Shown: one piece after another, positions 12,985 to 27,142 of the stretch
Layout of the letters: every line of letters starts with the position of its first letter
Numbering within the stretch: position 1 is the first letter of the stretch
Assembly (NCBI GenBank): GCA_030265395.1
Contig: JARFYF010000068.1
Location: 6,680,267-6,743,392, forward strand
Direction of reading: 5' to 3'
From: Rhina ancylostomus
Lineage: Eukaryota
Length of the DNA stretch: 63,126 bases
Position numbers and translations under genes: made by a program
The notes under the pieces: generated by a model
Database searches by the model: none
Seen by the model: the letters and a program-made list of their open reading frames with translations, nothing else
Told to the model about the DNA's origin: nothing

Positions 12985-14234
12985 ATTCGATCAAAATAAA
13001 GTGGTCAGCTAAGTTCATATGTCAGAATATACTGATACAAAATTTAAAATGATACTTCACTTTTGTGTTGCACTTTGGACTGTGACTTCAATTTTTTTCA
13101 CAACTTGCAGACTATTTATAATGTTTTGTTTCTCTGAAGAATTCTTAAGGGGTAATGTTAATAAAATATAATTCCCAGGGAAGAGTTTATGTCATAAGCC
13201 GGAAACTGATTCGTAATTTAGTGGAGGTAACTGAATCAGTTATCTAATTTCTCCAGAAACGGAGAATTACATTGGATATTATTGCCACCAGAATAATAGA
13301 AAATGTGGTGTACAAAATAAAACTGATAAAATGAACAAAAAATAAATAGGCCAAGCAACATCCACATGGATAGAAAAAGAGTCAATGGCTCACGTCGACG
13401 ACATTTCATTACAACAGGATAAAACTGAAATTGGATATGATTTATGTTACAAATAAAAGGTAGAGTGGAAGAAAATAACTAATGTTTGTGATAAGGTGGA
13501 AGCGAAGAGAAACTGAGTGACAAAACTATTAGTGATGCTCGGTAAGCGGATCGTGAAGGCTTTTTTAAAGCAATTGATCTAACTAGAGGAGAGCTAAGCA
13601 CATGACAGGATGTTAGAACAGAGAACAGAGTGAAAACGTGTGGAACCGTGAGATTATTAAGAATGTATTTTTTGAGAATCTGACAGGAAAGAGAATACTG
13701 GAAATACTTAATATATTAAGTACAGAGTGGTTCTGTAGAGGTAGTCCCTTCATCAGATATGCCCAGTTCCGCAAGAAAGTCAAAGGCTGATCATCTAAAA
13801 TTGTTCAATTCATTTGTTCAGTCCTATGAGTTGTTACACGCCTATTCATTGGAAGATTTTTCCTTCGACTTTCCACCGGTCTTCATTGAAACAGTGTAAG
13901 AAGCCGAATACAAGTATGGAATAGAGAATTTACAAGTAATTTGCAACGGAATGACTTTGTTGAAGGAAAGAGAAAACAATCCTTCAAACGTTGCTTAAAC
14001 AACCCTTTCTGATCCCATCCAATTCGCTCTCTGCAGAGAGCTCAGCCTCGTCCTTATTCATCCCCGTCAGAATGAACTGCACGCCCAATGTGATATTGAG
14101 TTCCTTTCCCGTTACGCCTTTGAGCCAGGTTTATTGACGGAGAATCCTCACAGAAAGCTTTGATTCGTTTCTCCTGGCTTCCGACTTGTCTATCTACGTG
14201 GAATTCTACCACCTTCTAATAGGAAGCTCTGCTC

Positions 14235-14648
14235 TCACCCAACAGTTATCACCAGCTTCAAGAAGACCGGTACCATCCCGGTACCTAAGAAAAACAAGGT
14301 AACATGCCTTAAATACTACCTCCCCGTGGCTCTGTCATCCACGATCATGAAGAGTTTCGAGGTGCTGGTCATGGCACGCATTAACTCCAGTGTCCCAGTA
14401 AATTTGGANNNNNNNNNNATTCGCCTACCACCGGAACAGGTGTCCGGCGGACGGCATCTCCCTGGCCGCACACTCATCTCTGGAGCATCTGGGCAGTGAA
14501 AACTCCGACGTTAGACTACTGTTTACTGAAACACAGCTCCCCCTTCAATACTATAATTCCAATCAAACTCATCACAAAACTCCAAGACCTGGGACTAAAC
14601 ACCCCCCTTTGCAACTGGATCCTTGACTTCTTGATCAACAGACCTCGG
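14235..14648 (+). mobile_element. Rex1/Babar-type non-LTR reverse transcriptase fragment
   Basis: Reads FKKTGTIPVPKKNKVTCLKYYLPVALSSTIMK...FAYHRNR...[18 protein letters not shown]...CNWILDFL. Confidence 0.9.
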
Positions 14649-15478
14649 GAGGTGTGTTGCGATCTGAAAGAATAAACAATGAATTCCGGACAGACAAGTT
14701 CTGGTGAAAGTTTTGTGCCTGCTATTTTAATTCTTCTTTTGTTCTCTATTTGCAGTTCTCCGAGATTTCCAGCGATTGTGGTACTTTTCATCTCTTCCAA
14801 CAAAGTTTCGTTTGGTTCGAGTATATATTCTCATCACTTCATTCTGTACGTCTCCTCCAGACAGCTGCTGTTAACACGCATTCACCCCTCATTCTCTGCC
14901 GACAACGCCACGATCTGTCATTCTCTTTCTGGAATGCACCGTACCTCAGACAAATGTTTGCTCTCTTATTATACTCATGCTTTCTGAGAGTTAAAACATG
15001 TTCGATGTCTAACTCTCCATGTTTCTGCTAAAGGGTCGGGTTAATCTGTTACGGTAATTCCTTGATTCGCTCTCAAAGGATTTGACCTGACACGCTGTGA
15101 TTTTCCAACATTTTCCCCATAATTATTGGACCAAGTAGGTCTTACTGCACAATGAAAAACCTAGTTGACCTATAGTTTGAAGCCAATTGTATATCACGTT
15201 TCAGAATCTCACTTAAAGATGTGAGAACTGGCAAGTGACTTTTGTAAACTCAGTTATGCCTTTCTGATGAATAAAGTCAGAAAAAAAATAGCTCATTGCG
15301 GGACGGTGACAAACTGCCAGATATTAATCATCCACGCTTACCGTAGAAGTTTTTTGACCCTTTTTTAAAAACATGTTGTTACATCGTTCTCAAAGTGCCA
15401 TTGAATAGGGAGTTAAATAATGAGGCCCAGCAACAAGTAGGAAACGGCTGAACAAAATTTCAAATCAGGATAATGTAC

Positions 15479-15605
15479 CGCATAGATAGATAACTTGCAT
15501 GTGATTTTTGTTCTCGGTCCTCTTCTTTGCAGCTCATCAACTTATCGTGATTTGAGAGGCCCAGGGAACGCAAACGTGGCCAGTAAATACAATTTAATCT
15601 CGGTC
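15479..15605 (-). pseudogene. Exon with a W-P-x-L-x-x-L-G-L motif (open)
   Basis: gattgtag|PRLNCIYWPRLRSLGLSNHDKLMSCKEEDREQKSHASYLSM|gtacat. Confidence 0.55.
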
Positions 15606-18109
15606 CTACAATCACGGATAAAAGTAATTGGTAATTGATGATTCTTTTTACTGCTCCCGTGGCAGAAAATAATATGTACTTGTGTTTAATTCTGCATTGC
15701 GTTGATGGAATCAAATTTTCGTTTGAACTTTGGAAGTTAGGTACTGTGTCTCCTGATGCGTGTAGAGAATCAATGATTCATGTTTACTCTGCTTCCCCAA
15801 CTGAATAATAGTGCTGTCATCGACCGTTGTTATCTATTCATCTCCTTGAAAATCTGCCTTGATTCACTGTCCACAACCTCTCCATATCAATAAATGTCTG
15901 GGTTGCTCGAAAAATGGAAACTGGACCCTGTTCGTTCTGTCAAATCTGCTAAGTAATCATACACCTTTGAAACATGCCTGATCTTCAATATTCACTACCT
16001 GTCAGAATGTATGCAAATAACTGACAATAATCGTTCAGAAAGATACTTTCTGAGACAGGAGCTGTTCTGACACGGGAGTTAGCAACGATGAGGCTGTCTC
16101 ATTACACTGGAGAATTATAGTCCCGAATTCTATCTTAGAGGATTAAAGGAAAGGATTTGGAAGATAAGCCATCCTGGAAAAATGTTGTTTTCAATTGTTT
16201 TAACAGGAACCAAAATTGCAGTTTACATTAAAAGATGCAAATTGGTAAATTACCAAGTTCTTTTCTGCGTAGATTGTTCTCTGAAAAATAAACATTTTAA
16301 TATAATAACTTACAGCAATGTTTCCAAAAACATTTGGATACATTCATCCTTGCTTTTCTATTCCCGACTAATTCCATTACTTTATTAATGAAGCAGGGAA
16401 TGAAAAGTGGGATGAATGCAAAATGGACCACGGATTCCTATTCCCTGCTGCCATCGAGTATCAGTGCAAACTGTGACTGGAGATATTATTTGTTGGTTGA
16501 TCTTATCAGATGAGTTGATCATACCACATACTCTGAAACACTTTGTAGAACTGATAGCGTTCGTTTGAGTATATGTGCAGATATTTTATTGACTCAAAAG
16601 TTCATTCAACTGTTTTAATGTCTTTATTGAATATTGGGATTCGTTTTCTAAATGTGAAATTTTTAATACGCAATGACTCATTGATATATTGAGGATCATT
16701 TTGGTTTCTATATGTCCACCGAATACCCAGCCGTATTTTTCCCTGGCTCTATGTAGAATAACTGTCGAATACCGACCTCTCCCGCGGAAGTTTTAAAGAA
16801 AAACATGTTCCCAAACTAGTCGATTAAAACTGTAGTTAACTGAAACGGATAGACGGTTTTCTGCATTAAAATGTGGCTACATAACTGTGTTCACCGTAAA
16901 TTCAAAGAACTGCCAGCTGAGATAGGATAAAGGAAAAATAATTCCCCGCCATCCCCACCGAGTAGTATTTTATCCAATTGAACCTGTTTCTGCTAAGTAT
17001 TGTTGCTGGTTTCTTTACTTCGAGCTTTAAGCATTTCCAGATACATTTTCTCACCAGAATCTTGCAAGTTTGCCTNNNNNNNNNNNNNNNNNNNNNNNNN
17101 NNNNNNNNNNNNNNNNNNNNNNNNNNNNNNNNNNNNNNNNNNNNNNNNNNNNNNNNNNNNNNNNNNNNNNNNNNNTGCCTTCAATGTATCTATTTCTGAA
17201 AAATAAAAAAATAAAAAAACAACGCATAAATCACTTATGTTCAGTTCACGTACAAATTAACAGAATATTCCGCTTTCCTGACATAAATCGCGATGACCTG
17301 ACGATTTTTTTTACATCGTCTTTCTTTATGAACCCAAGTAAAAAAAACGAATAAATAAAACGTGGTGATCCGTTTCAACTGGTCTGTTATGTTGAACAGA
17401 AAACAAAAAAGTTTAGGGCAGTTCTCCTTGATACGTGACTTTGGAACTGATTTCCGAACCTCTCCGCCTCTTAAACTCGCTTCTTTGTACTGTTCCCTGA
17501 AACTATTTCCACTTCTTCACGAGTATGTCCACTGATATTCTTTTAACATATTAGGATACGGCTTGAAAAATATTGTTTTTTAAATGTGCTCATGGAAGTC
17601 TTTATAAGTTTGTCCATGGACCGCGTCCTGCTGACTGTGCCTGCTGGTTCGGAACAATTAAACCAGCTATCCCAACGGAAATGTTCTTAACTTACACAGA
17701 CCTGTGTTAAGTGCAGTTTGCATGAGTGACAGACAACGGAGAAACTAATTCTCTGTTCCAATGGTGGACTGGACGTCGCATGCAAAGACATACGCCGGTC
17801 TTGATGGTATTTCCCAAACTTACAATGGGTATGTTGTCTATCTGATCATATGCAGCTCAGAGCTGCGTATGATATTTTTCAAACATTTTTTTCCTGGAGA
17901 TTTAAGTAAAGAAAAGGTAACTTAAGTCCTACACATTTTACTCCTGTGGTTGTTGTTTTCGGTTATTTCATATCTTAACGTGGGTTAATTATTCTCAACA
18001 TTTAAAAGTGTATATTTAATTATCTGAATCAATTAATATTTTAAAGTATGTGGCTGCTTAAACCTACTATTAATTATACCAGATTTAAATGAAGTGAAAT
18101 CTCAATTAC

Positions 18110-18291
18110 CAGCTTTGACCCTCTCAAAAGGCGTTCAGCAGCAAATTCTCAAGGCTGGGCTGTTTGAAACCTATTTGCCTTTGATGCGATTACTCGGCAG
18201 TTGCCTCACAAGTGTGAGGGACTATATTGATCGCCCCCTTTAATCTGTTCCTGGGACAGTGGTATGTAGCCTAATACAACTCTCCTCAGCC
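18110..18291 (-). pseudogene. Exon (multiple stops)
   Basis: ctcttttag|AEESCIRLHTTVPG...FERVKA|gtaatt. Confidence 0.45.
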
Positions 18292-19279
18292 CTAAAAGAG
18301 TTATGGAAGCTAATGTCAGTTTTGTTGATTTAAGTGCCGTTTCACTTCGTCGATGATTGTGAAAGACGACAGCCAACGTGAAAGAACAAACAGAAAGAAC
18401 AACATAATTTTGCTTAAAATGTTCTAGAGTAAGAACGTCTCAAGATAGCACTTGGGTCGGAAAAACCCATTTCGACGAAATGTGATGTTCGGAAATGAGA
18501 GCACTGAAATTAAGAGATTATTTCAGCTACAGTTATTCCGAAAACTGAGAGCCAACTCAATAGTACTTGAGCAAAACAGACAAGATTAAATGTTATGATC
18601 TCTACATAGAACGAATAACTAACATGCCAATTGTGTGGAAATTCTGAGTGGATGCATCCGATGGAAGTTCAATTGAGTTGGTGCAGTTTTCCATCTCCAA
18701 CACGCTATTATCACTGAATCAACATTATTGGACAAACGGTCATGGCAACGGTCCAACGAGTTCTAACCCGGACTGCACTGACCGTTCGACTGAACCGTTT
18801 GTTTGGGGCGACGAGAATGTGAAGGAACAATGGAGAAATCGCGGAAGTGATCAGTTGTTGGAGTAACACTAACGAAATGCCTCATCTTTAATTTATGGGA
18901 ATACCTACTGTATTAATTGTTTAGACTGAAACAATAACTTTTTTTTCTAAATAACGGTTCTTCATTTGAGTCCATTTTACAGAATGAAAATTAAAAGGAC
19001 GTAGAATTATAATGTTCCAGAAAACAGTAACTAATTAGAATTGTTCTCAGGTGTCTTTTTGGGATGCAAAATCCTCCCAAGATAAGGACACATGGAATAT
19101 ATCTTCAGGCTGGCGCCCTGTACTTTTTGCACTGTTTTCATTGCTAGATTAATTACTTTATAATAAAAGAATGCTGTAAAATTATGAGTCGATATCCATT
19201 ACAATATTAAACTGTGTATATCTTGTCGTGATGAATTTCAACTGTGGAATTATGGGTGAAATTATCTGTTCTTGTTTAC

Positions 19280-19306
19280 CTTTATCTTTTAGAAGAAGTT
19301 GCCTCA
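19280..19306 (-). pseudogene. 27-nt micro-exon (KD-x family)
   Basis: tttttctcctaacag|xRQLLLKDK|gtaaac. Similar to 47754-47780. Confidence 0.65.
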
Positions 19307-19663
19307 CTGTTAGGAGAAAAATAACAATTTAATTGTAAAAATATTATCGAAATAATGCAACACTGTTCAATATATCCAGAATCACTTCAGTATCTGAGGA
19401 GTGAAGAATTAATTTGCACACCGGCACACTGGGACGTCATTTCAAAACCTTGTTTTTGAAGAGTTTTAGGGCGGCAAATATGTTGGGTTGTGAGTCATGC
19501 ATGATTCACAGCATGAAAATAAATATTTTACCAGACAACAAAGATATGATAACCAAAAAATTGGCGGATGGGGTGCCGTGTGTGATCACTCAACTTTTAC
19601 CATATTGGGCAGTCCCGACCACTCAGCGACACAGATACGCCAATAATTTTTCAGTTAAGTTAC

Positions 19664-19750
19664 ACCTCTAATTGTGAAGAAGCCTATAGTTGGGCGAAAC
19701 CCTCGCTTTCCCATCGTCACTACCTCAGGGTGCAGCTCCTGAGTTAGATA
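19664..19750 (-). pseudogene. 87-nt exon
   Basis: Long polypyrimidine acceptor ctcttctcccttcacctttcacag. Reads YLTQELHPEVVTMGKRGFRPTIGFFTIRG. Confidence 0.5.
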
Positions 19751-20578
19751 CTGTGAAAGGTGAAGGGAGAAGAGGGGACAAATTAATTTGCCAACCCAAT
19801 TGCTGCCCAATTTGCATCTAACATGCATTTTGGTCCCAGATTATTTTCTGGTCATTAATATCCCCCAGTGATTGGTAATTCCGCTGCCATTTATCAGCAG
19901 TGGATATAACAGCCCAAAAAAGGGACACAACCGAGATACATCACAAAGGACCCCTAACAAAGGCATACATAAACGAACACCTTAAGCTCCATGAAAGTTC
20001 ACCAGTTCACATCTCTGTGAAGTTTCCTACCACCACCATTTGGCGCTTTTTTATGAATCCATATCTTCCTTTCTGCAGTTTTAATCTGTCTCGGTCAAAC
20101 TGTGATGATCGCTCATGCGCCTTTCAGGTGCTGTGTTTTCTGACATTAGTTTCTACATTTCGAAGTATTATCTTTTCATTGGATTACATAATATTTCAAC
20201 CTCAATATCATGGTCTTTTACTTTAATTCCACTAAGCAGTTTGGAATGCCTTAATGCAATTTTCTGTTGTATCTGACCCTGCATGTTTTCAGATTAATTG
20301 TAGCGATAGTCTAATGCCTTTCATTTCACTGCCAGTGCACACTAAGCCCCTCATTAGATAACTGTCATGGGCATTGCTTCCGCAAAATTAGAAGTAAATA
20401 CTTTGGATTGAGTTTTTAACATTGACAGCAGTGATATTTATATTCAAACAGACGTAAACTACTTAATCTATTGTAAATAGTGGGAATGTTGTTATTCAAT
20501 TCGAAAAATCACATTTAGGGGTAACCTTTTACAGCCATTGATCTTAGTTTTCTCAAAGGCCGTGAGAAAGCTCATGTC

Positions 20579-20729
20579 CTTGGGTGTATCTTCCAACCAA
20601 TTGCAGGAATACGTAAAAAATATGCATCTTGGATTGACCATTTATCAAACCTGCAGCTAGGAATTTAGAGGTAGTGCTCCTGGCTCCAAATTTTAAGAAG
20701 GTTTTTGACTTCAGCAAGTTGATTCCTAC
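20579..20729 (-). pseudogene. Exon (open)
   Basis: ctttcacttgttgttctcacag|VGINLLKSKTFLKFGARSTTSKFLAAGLINGQSKMHIFYVFLQLVGRYTQ. The 3' boundary is approximate. Confidence 0.5.
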
Positions 20730-22805
20730 CTGTGAGAACAACAAGTGAAAGCGAAGAAAGCGGTCAGAGTGCCGAGGTCTAAAGGATGAGGACGGACCAG
20801 GAACTTCAGTATGTTAACCGAATATAACCAGAGACCTAAATAAGGATACTTTCATTGCTAAATTGGGAAACTAAAAGTATAAAAAATGTAGAAATGGGGA
20901 ATAATTTTCAACGGTGCCGGTTCACTTGGGAACTAAAACCAAAGCTGATTTACCAGCAGTTTAATGTAAATGTGACTAAAGGGGAGGGGTTCAATTTCAG
21001 CAGCAAGAAGAGCGCGATCAGAAAACTAATTCTGAAGGTACAGAGAACAAATGTTGCAGTACCAGGACAGTTAGCTTGCTTTCAAATGACGTGCCCTGAT
21101 AAACACTTTTTCTTAAAAAGCAATATGAGCATGGAAAGCAACAAGCCTTTTTCCTTTCTATTTTAGTAACAAGCTCTTCTGCGAGGTCTTTACATTATAC
21201 CACCCGCCACTTCTATGTCGTCAGGCTTGACTATTGGCAGGATTTTACAACTACAATTTGAGAAATATATTTGCAGCAGTACGAGGAAAATTCAAGATTA
21301 AATTTGAAATAGATTAAATACCATGCAAATTAAGTTACACTATGATATGACGTCCGTAATGTTATTGTTCGCGCTTTTGATAAATTACTGACGTCGTATC
21401 ATGGTGAACTATTTGTTATTGCTATCATAGATAACTTCACTATATTTTTGATTGCTTACTGGTATCTTGAAGAAGGATTTTGAATTCTGTATAATATAAT
21501 CATAAAGGAATCATATGTATAAATCTGTATTGGCAGTTGGTTGTGCACGTTGTGCACTATGCTGGCAGCCTTGAATTTGAGCAACACATGTTCTCACTGA
21601 CATTCGCGCGCACGCACACGCACACGCACACACAATTTAGCAGTAAACAATTTAGCAGTACGATCAGTGCCTTATCGTACATTATTGTCGTTCTCATATT
21701 GAAACATTAATAGTCAGGCATTAAAATAATTTTACGTATGAGCTCTTATCATTAAATATATGAATCAGTTCAAAGAAATGCAATTCCAGCTCCAATAATT
21801 GTTATGCCCATTGTGCTGGTCCTCCTCGCCGTCAGCACTGCAATTCAAGAAATAATAAACCGTGTCATTAATTGACACTCTGTGCTGAACTCCAGTTTCG
21901 CTAAGCTACTCAAATGTAGTTTGCAATAACTTTTAACCATCATATTGACAAATAAAACCTATATTTGCATTGAAGTTAAGACGACTTGTCGATATATCTC
22001 GAAGTCTTTAGCACAGGAATGGGACAAAATATGGCTGCATTAGCTGACGCAGATGCTCTTAAAACTCATCAGTACTTAGAAAGAATCGTTTCATGAAGAA
22101 CGTATGCATTTGCTGCTGGTGTCGAGGATCTTGTCAAGAATGCCTCCCTAAAAATTGCAGTTCTGTTCATGTTATTAGCGAATAGTTTAGCAATCTGATG
22201 GAAATAGAAAACGGTGTATTCAGGGATCTGAAACAATAACCCTTAAAATAAGATAGAGTGCCGATTTTACAGTCCGAGGTGTTACCACATTGAATGTGAT
22301 AGTGAAAACAATGAAACGCAAAGTTTTCATTTTCACACAGTTTCGTAAATAAGGAAATTATCCCTCAGCCTTTTTCGGTGGCAGCCTGACACAGTCGTAG
22401 TTATGAAATCTCAATATTCATTCAGATCTTTTCATGATGACCCATCAACCCGACATAAACATAAGTGTAGTAACTACAGTAGTATTCAGTCAAGAGAGCT
22501 GAACATGACTTTCTGAAAATTGACGATGGCACCAACATACCATTGTGGGCAAAGTGAATCAAAGACAATTAAGTATTCTCTGGGCTTTCTCAGTTGCTAA
22601 ATCATTCGACCTTATTTTAAAAAGAGTGCGTGGTCTGCAATGGATTAAAAATTACTCTTCCATCACGAACAAAGGATGTATAATCTTCCCTCATGAACTA
22701 TATAATGATTAAGTAACAAAATAGATTTGACACTTATAGTCCAATTGCCGCAATCCTTTGTGAAACAATTCTCTCATCCACATCTCCCATTCGCTTGATC
22801 GTTAC

Positions 22806-22973
22806 CTCCAGTCTTGATAATCACTCCACAACAACTGCGTGCTTGATTCTCCTTTACATGTTCTTTCACGAAACAACAAGAGTTCCAGATCATGTCGGCT
22901 CTTCCATAAAAAATCCAGCACACACCTTTTGTCACAGTTAAACTACGTTTCGTGGGCTGAGTCGTTTTCATAC
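22806..22973 (-). pseudogene. 168-nt exon (phase 2-2, 1 stop)
   Basis: YENDSAHET*FNCDKRCVLDFLWKSRHDLELLLFRERTCKGESSTQLLWSDYQDW|gtaacg. Confidence 0.55.
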
Positions 22974-23209
22974 CTACATTAACAACTTCTCTTCAGTTAC
23001 TATTCTAAATCCACCATAGTTCTGTGTACTTCTTTCAAATGTCAGCTTTTTTTTCTCTGGTTCTTTGCACCAGGAGGTAAAATGATAGATCCTCCAGAAG
23101 TTGGATTTCCTAATCACTTGACAACTGTATTCTGGGACCTTCACGTCCTGTATTCTGTAGTAACTATGATTTCAATTGTTATTCAATGTAAACTTGATAA
23201 AGTGCCTCA

Positions 23210-24290
23210 TTAAATCACAAAGGGGAAGTTACAGGTTTATGTTGTAAAGGGGACGTATTGGCGTGGATGGACGATTGCATCGCTGACTCAAAAAACAGAG
23301 AATGTCCATAATGGGCTCTTTAATTTTTCGCAGCAACAGATGTAATGAGTGGTGCCACTGGCTTGGGAACATTTTTGACAAATGATGCAGTGTAAACGCT
23401 TACATGAAGGTATCAAATGTATAGTTGCTAAATTTCCCAATTACACAAGCATAATTTGGAAAGTAAGTAACTTATTCAGAGGATATAAGCCTGCCATATC
23501 CAGTTAGCGAGCGGCCGAAACTCAGGCAATAGAGGAGAAATGTTGTAAAATATGAACATTCCTATCTCAGCAAAGCAAACCGAAATGGTGAGAAGCATGG
23601 CGCAAGGCAATTTGGGTGTCTTCATGCGTATCACAAATAGTCTGATATTCAATTGCAAAAAGTAAATAGGAAACTAAATGAATACTTTGCTTTATTTCTA
23701 AAGGAATTGGAGGCACACGTCGGACAGTTGTGCTTCATGTACTTCGTTGGTGAAAGAGCAACTGGAGTACAGTGTAGAGTCTCCTCGTTTAGGGAAACTT
23801 GCTGATGTTTTGGAAGTCATTCCGAGAATGCTTAGTGAATTAATAACCGGAATGTGTGGATTTCTTATTAGGAAATGCTTGATAGGCTATACTTGTACAT
23901 GTTGGAGTTTAAAAGTGTAAAAGCGGATGATTAAAACGTGCAAGATTCTGACGAGTCCAGAAAGAATGGGTTTAAGGAGAATGCGTGCTCGTGACAGAGT
24001 GTCTCCTTCCATGTTTACTCTTTACGATGAAGAGTAGCCAGCTTAAGGCAGAGACAGGTCGATTATTTTCTCTCGGGGGTTGTGATTCTTTTTAACAATA
24101 AAAAGTGTCTTTGAACTCTTAATAAGGAGAAGGATACGTGATCAACAAGGTTTGAAAGATTGCCAGGTGGATGAAAATATGGAATTGCAGTTACAATTAG
24201 TGAGTTGAAATATTAAATGGCGGAGCCGGATGTCCTGGTGGTGGTGCGATGGGGTGGGTGAATTGTAGCCTGCTCCTCCTACATTTTGAG
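23210..24290 (+). mobile_element. Old degenerate CR1 fragment
   Basis: Residual RT and 3'-end text, e.g. gttgctaaattt, caactggagtacagtgtagag and gataggctatacttgtacatgttggagttt. Confidence 0.6.
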
Positions 24291-24778
24291 TCGATAGTTT
24301 CGCACCTCCTACTTCGATATGTTTCTCTTCATAAAGGGCAGTATCCAATATGCTATACTTCGCTCTGATAACCGGCTGATAGTTTCAAAGACTTAATCAC
24401 TTATAGATCCTGTCATGTTACACATACTTTCTCTCTGCCAAATATTCCCTCCAAGTTCTTGCCTCTAAAATGCTTTAAATTACGCTTCACACTATTAAAT
24501 TTCATTTCACTCTTGTATGTCTGCCTTATACCGTGTCATGTTCGTTTGCATTCCATTACTATCCTCAAATTATGGGGGATGTCTTTAAGTGTTGATAACT
24601 CTGGAAATTCCAAATTTCCATTTGCTCATTAATTTCCAAATCATTGACTAAAAGGGCAGAGACAGGAAGAACACGCTGTTGCTCGAGGAAAAGGATTAAG
24701 CGAAGAACTAATCTTTTCAATCTATTTCTTCAAATTTATCCATCCATGAGAATATGGGTATCAGTGACCGGTGCATAC

Positions 24779-25074
24779 TTTTAGAAGAGGTAATTGCCGG
24801 TGTTGACAGCAAATATATCTCCATATTTTTCGATGTGTTTTTCTCATAATTAAGGGTCCAGTTCAAATATTTCCATTTGTAACTGGTGGTTTGCCATGAA
24901 GCAGTTAATTGGAGGGTAGATTTCCGTAAATTTCGTCATCTTGAACAGCAACAGAGCTCCACAAACTTTCAAGGGTTAGTGTTGATTTCTTTCAAGCATC
25001 TTTAGGTCGGATATCCACAGTCCATAGTCTCTTTTGGTCCTTGAGCGAGGTCTCTGGCAACAATTTTCAACAAC
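24779..25074 (-). pseudogene. Exon (frameshifted)
   Basis: LLKIVARDL...LRKSTLQLTASWQTTSYKWKYLNWTLNYEKNTSKNMEIYLLSTPAITSSK|gtatgc. Confidence 0.5.
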
Positions 25075-25628
25075 CTTCAATCGAATTGATCATTAAAAAT
25101 ATCAGTGTGCGCTAGGTATCTGGTAGATAGAAGAAATACTGTTTGTTCCAGATGCAATACAGTTCAAATGGCAAGCATATGCCTCTGTATATTTTTATCA
25201 GTAGCATTAGAAACCGCGAACAAAAAGAATATGCAAGATTGGCTAAATACATCCTACTCTGTAATAAACCGAGGTAATCCTACCTGGCGCATATATCCAT
25301 GATTAGATTAATCACAGTGATCAAGATAATGATGGAAGGTGCTTCGATAGTTCTATTAAGTAGCACTTATTCCTCGTAGCCCTGCTCACCGGGATTTAAC
25401 TTGTCTTCATCCAGAATCAATAGCACCACGTATCAACACACATTAGGCTAAAAATATATTGCATGAGGTAATTCTCGACATAATTCAAACGTAACTGCAT
25501 TTGACGTGAAGGCAGTAATTAAGAGAGTGATATCAACAGACATGACTAAAGTAAACAGAAAAGTAACCGTTTGCCGAAGTTATGGTTATCATTACTGAAG
25601 AATGTTGACGCTGGTGCATGACAAGTAT

Positions 25629-25924
25629 CTAAATGCAGGGATTTCGTTACAACGGTACGTCACTGCGATCTCCCAGGCCGGCCTGTCCTCAGTTCTTGAG
25701 ACCGTTTCTGATCATTGCAAAATGTTCAGTTTCATTCCCAAATCCTCCAGTAATATATGTTCCAGATATTCCATCTTCCAAATTAGTCTGAAAAAATTCT
25801 TGGTTACGACTCCAGTATCAAGGTGCTTAACAATTAAGTTCTCTGTAACTGTTATTGTTGTTATTGACAGATTAACGACAACTACAGAATTGATTTGCCC
25901 CACAACAGCTTTTTAATACGATGG
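25629..25924 (-). pseudogene. Exon (1-nt shift near the start, 1 stop)
   Basis: KAVVGQINSVVVVNLSITTITVTENLIVKHLDTGVVTKNFFRLIWKMEYLEHILLEDLGMKLNILQ*... Confidence 0.55.
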
Positions 25925-26110
25925 CTACATAGGGGTGGGGATTCTGAATTCCCTCTGTCCTGGGGCATTGCTGATCAGTTGACTTTCATTCTGGTTTTCT
26001 TTCTCTGGTATAGACAGAACATAATATGTGATCGAATATTCAACAGTTTTATGGATGCATGTGGTTCCACGACACCCAGTTGAGTCCATGATGTTTAGAA
26101 CAAAGACGAC

Positions 26111-26279
26111 CTTCAGTAGGTGACATATGCGCAGCTCTGATATTCGTTTCCTTCACCGTCCGTCCACAGATATCGTAGGTTTTTCTTGATGCATGCACTA
26201 AGCCATCTCACTGAGGCTTCTTCAGCAAGAATCCATGCCTAGTGCCGGAAACTTCAACAGCTGGCCAGCTGAACACCAT
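26111..26279 (-). pseudogene. Exon (1 stop)
   Basis: acttctag|MVFSWPAVEVSGTRHGFLLKKPQ*DGLVHASRKTYDICGRTVKETNIRAAHMSPTE|gtcgtc. Confidence 0.5.
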
Positions 26280-26975
26280 CTAGAAGTTCGTGAACAAATT
26301 AAAACAAATTCTGTCATGGTAAGGGATCCAATTCCTTCGCAACTGCTGGCTCAAAACCACGAAACTCCATGATGAAAAACAAATTTAGGAAATGATCCTC
26401 ACAAAGATTTCACGATGTCGGAAGGTGAATCTCTATAACCTTTTTCGGTGGACAGTGAATGCCAAGGGCACTCATTCCTCTGCATGAATGAAAGCGATGT
26501 ATTTCTGTTCTTTTTGTTCATAAATTTATAACGCAATAATAATGGTATAAAACATAATAGAATATACCTTTATAGTTTTGGAACAGTTTATCTATTAGAA
26601 AGCAAGGAATGCTATTAAAATTCGGCAAATATCATATGTGTAAAAATGACAGTTTCGGAACAGTTATAACAGTCGAAATTTTAGAACTTCCTGGTGTTTT
26701 AAAGGCATGTTTTTCCTGGAATTTCGTGTGACATAGTCAAAAATGATCTTATTCCGATAATTTAGGTGCTCCCTATTTCTAAGGCTTCCGGTTTCCTTCG
26801 GAGGTTCTGTGCTCAAATGAATAGCTGAAAATAACCCATTTTATTCTCCCATAGCAGAAATGCCTACAATAAAATCTGATGCCTATTGCCGTCGGGAATA
26901 TTGTACGGGGGACTTGGTCTATTGTTCGTTTCAGTCTGCACTGAACACTTCCATTATTAACACGTCTGTTATCAC

Positions 26976-27142
26976 CCCTTCATCTGATCTTTTTTCTCTG
27001 CCGAATTGAATAGTTGTATGTGGGTAACGTTAAGTGTGGCCACCCGAGTTCTAAGTGTCAATTTACGCACAGATATTTTCCTTTTGTGACAGAGACCAGG
27101 GCTTCGGCCCCATGTCTTTACACTGGTGGATACGTGAAAAAC
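26976..27142 (-). pseudogene. Beta-region exon (open)
   Basis: VFHVSTSVKTWGRSPGLCHKRKISVRKLTLRTRVATLNVTHIQLFNSAEKKDQMK|gtgata. Confidence 0.5.

Noticed and set aside
7728-17567. Shared 14-mer GGATACGGCTTGAA at 7728-7741 and 17554-17567 in two candidate exons
   Set aside because: Several 14-mer matches are expected by chance in 63 kb, and the flanks do not align.
18648-18866. Plus-strand ORF MDASDGSSIELVQF...
   Set aside because: It is probably the antisense shadow of a decayed minus-strand exon and has no plus-strand gene context.
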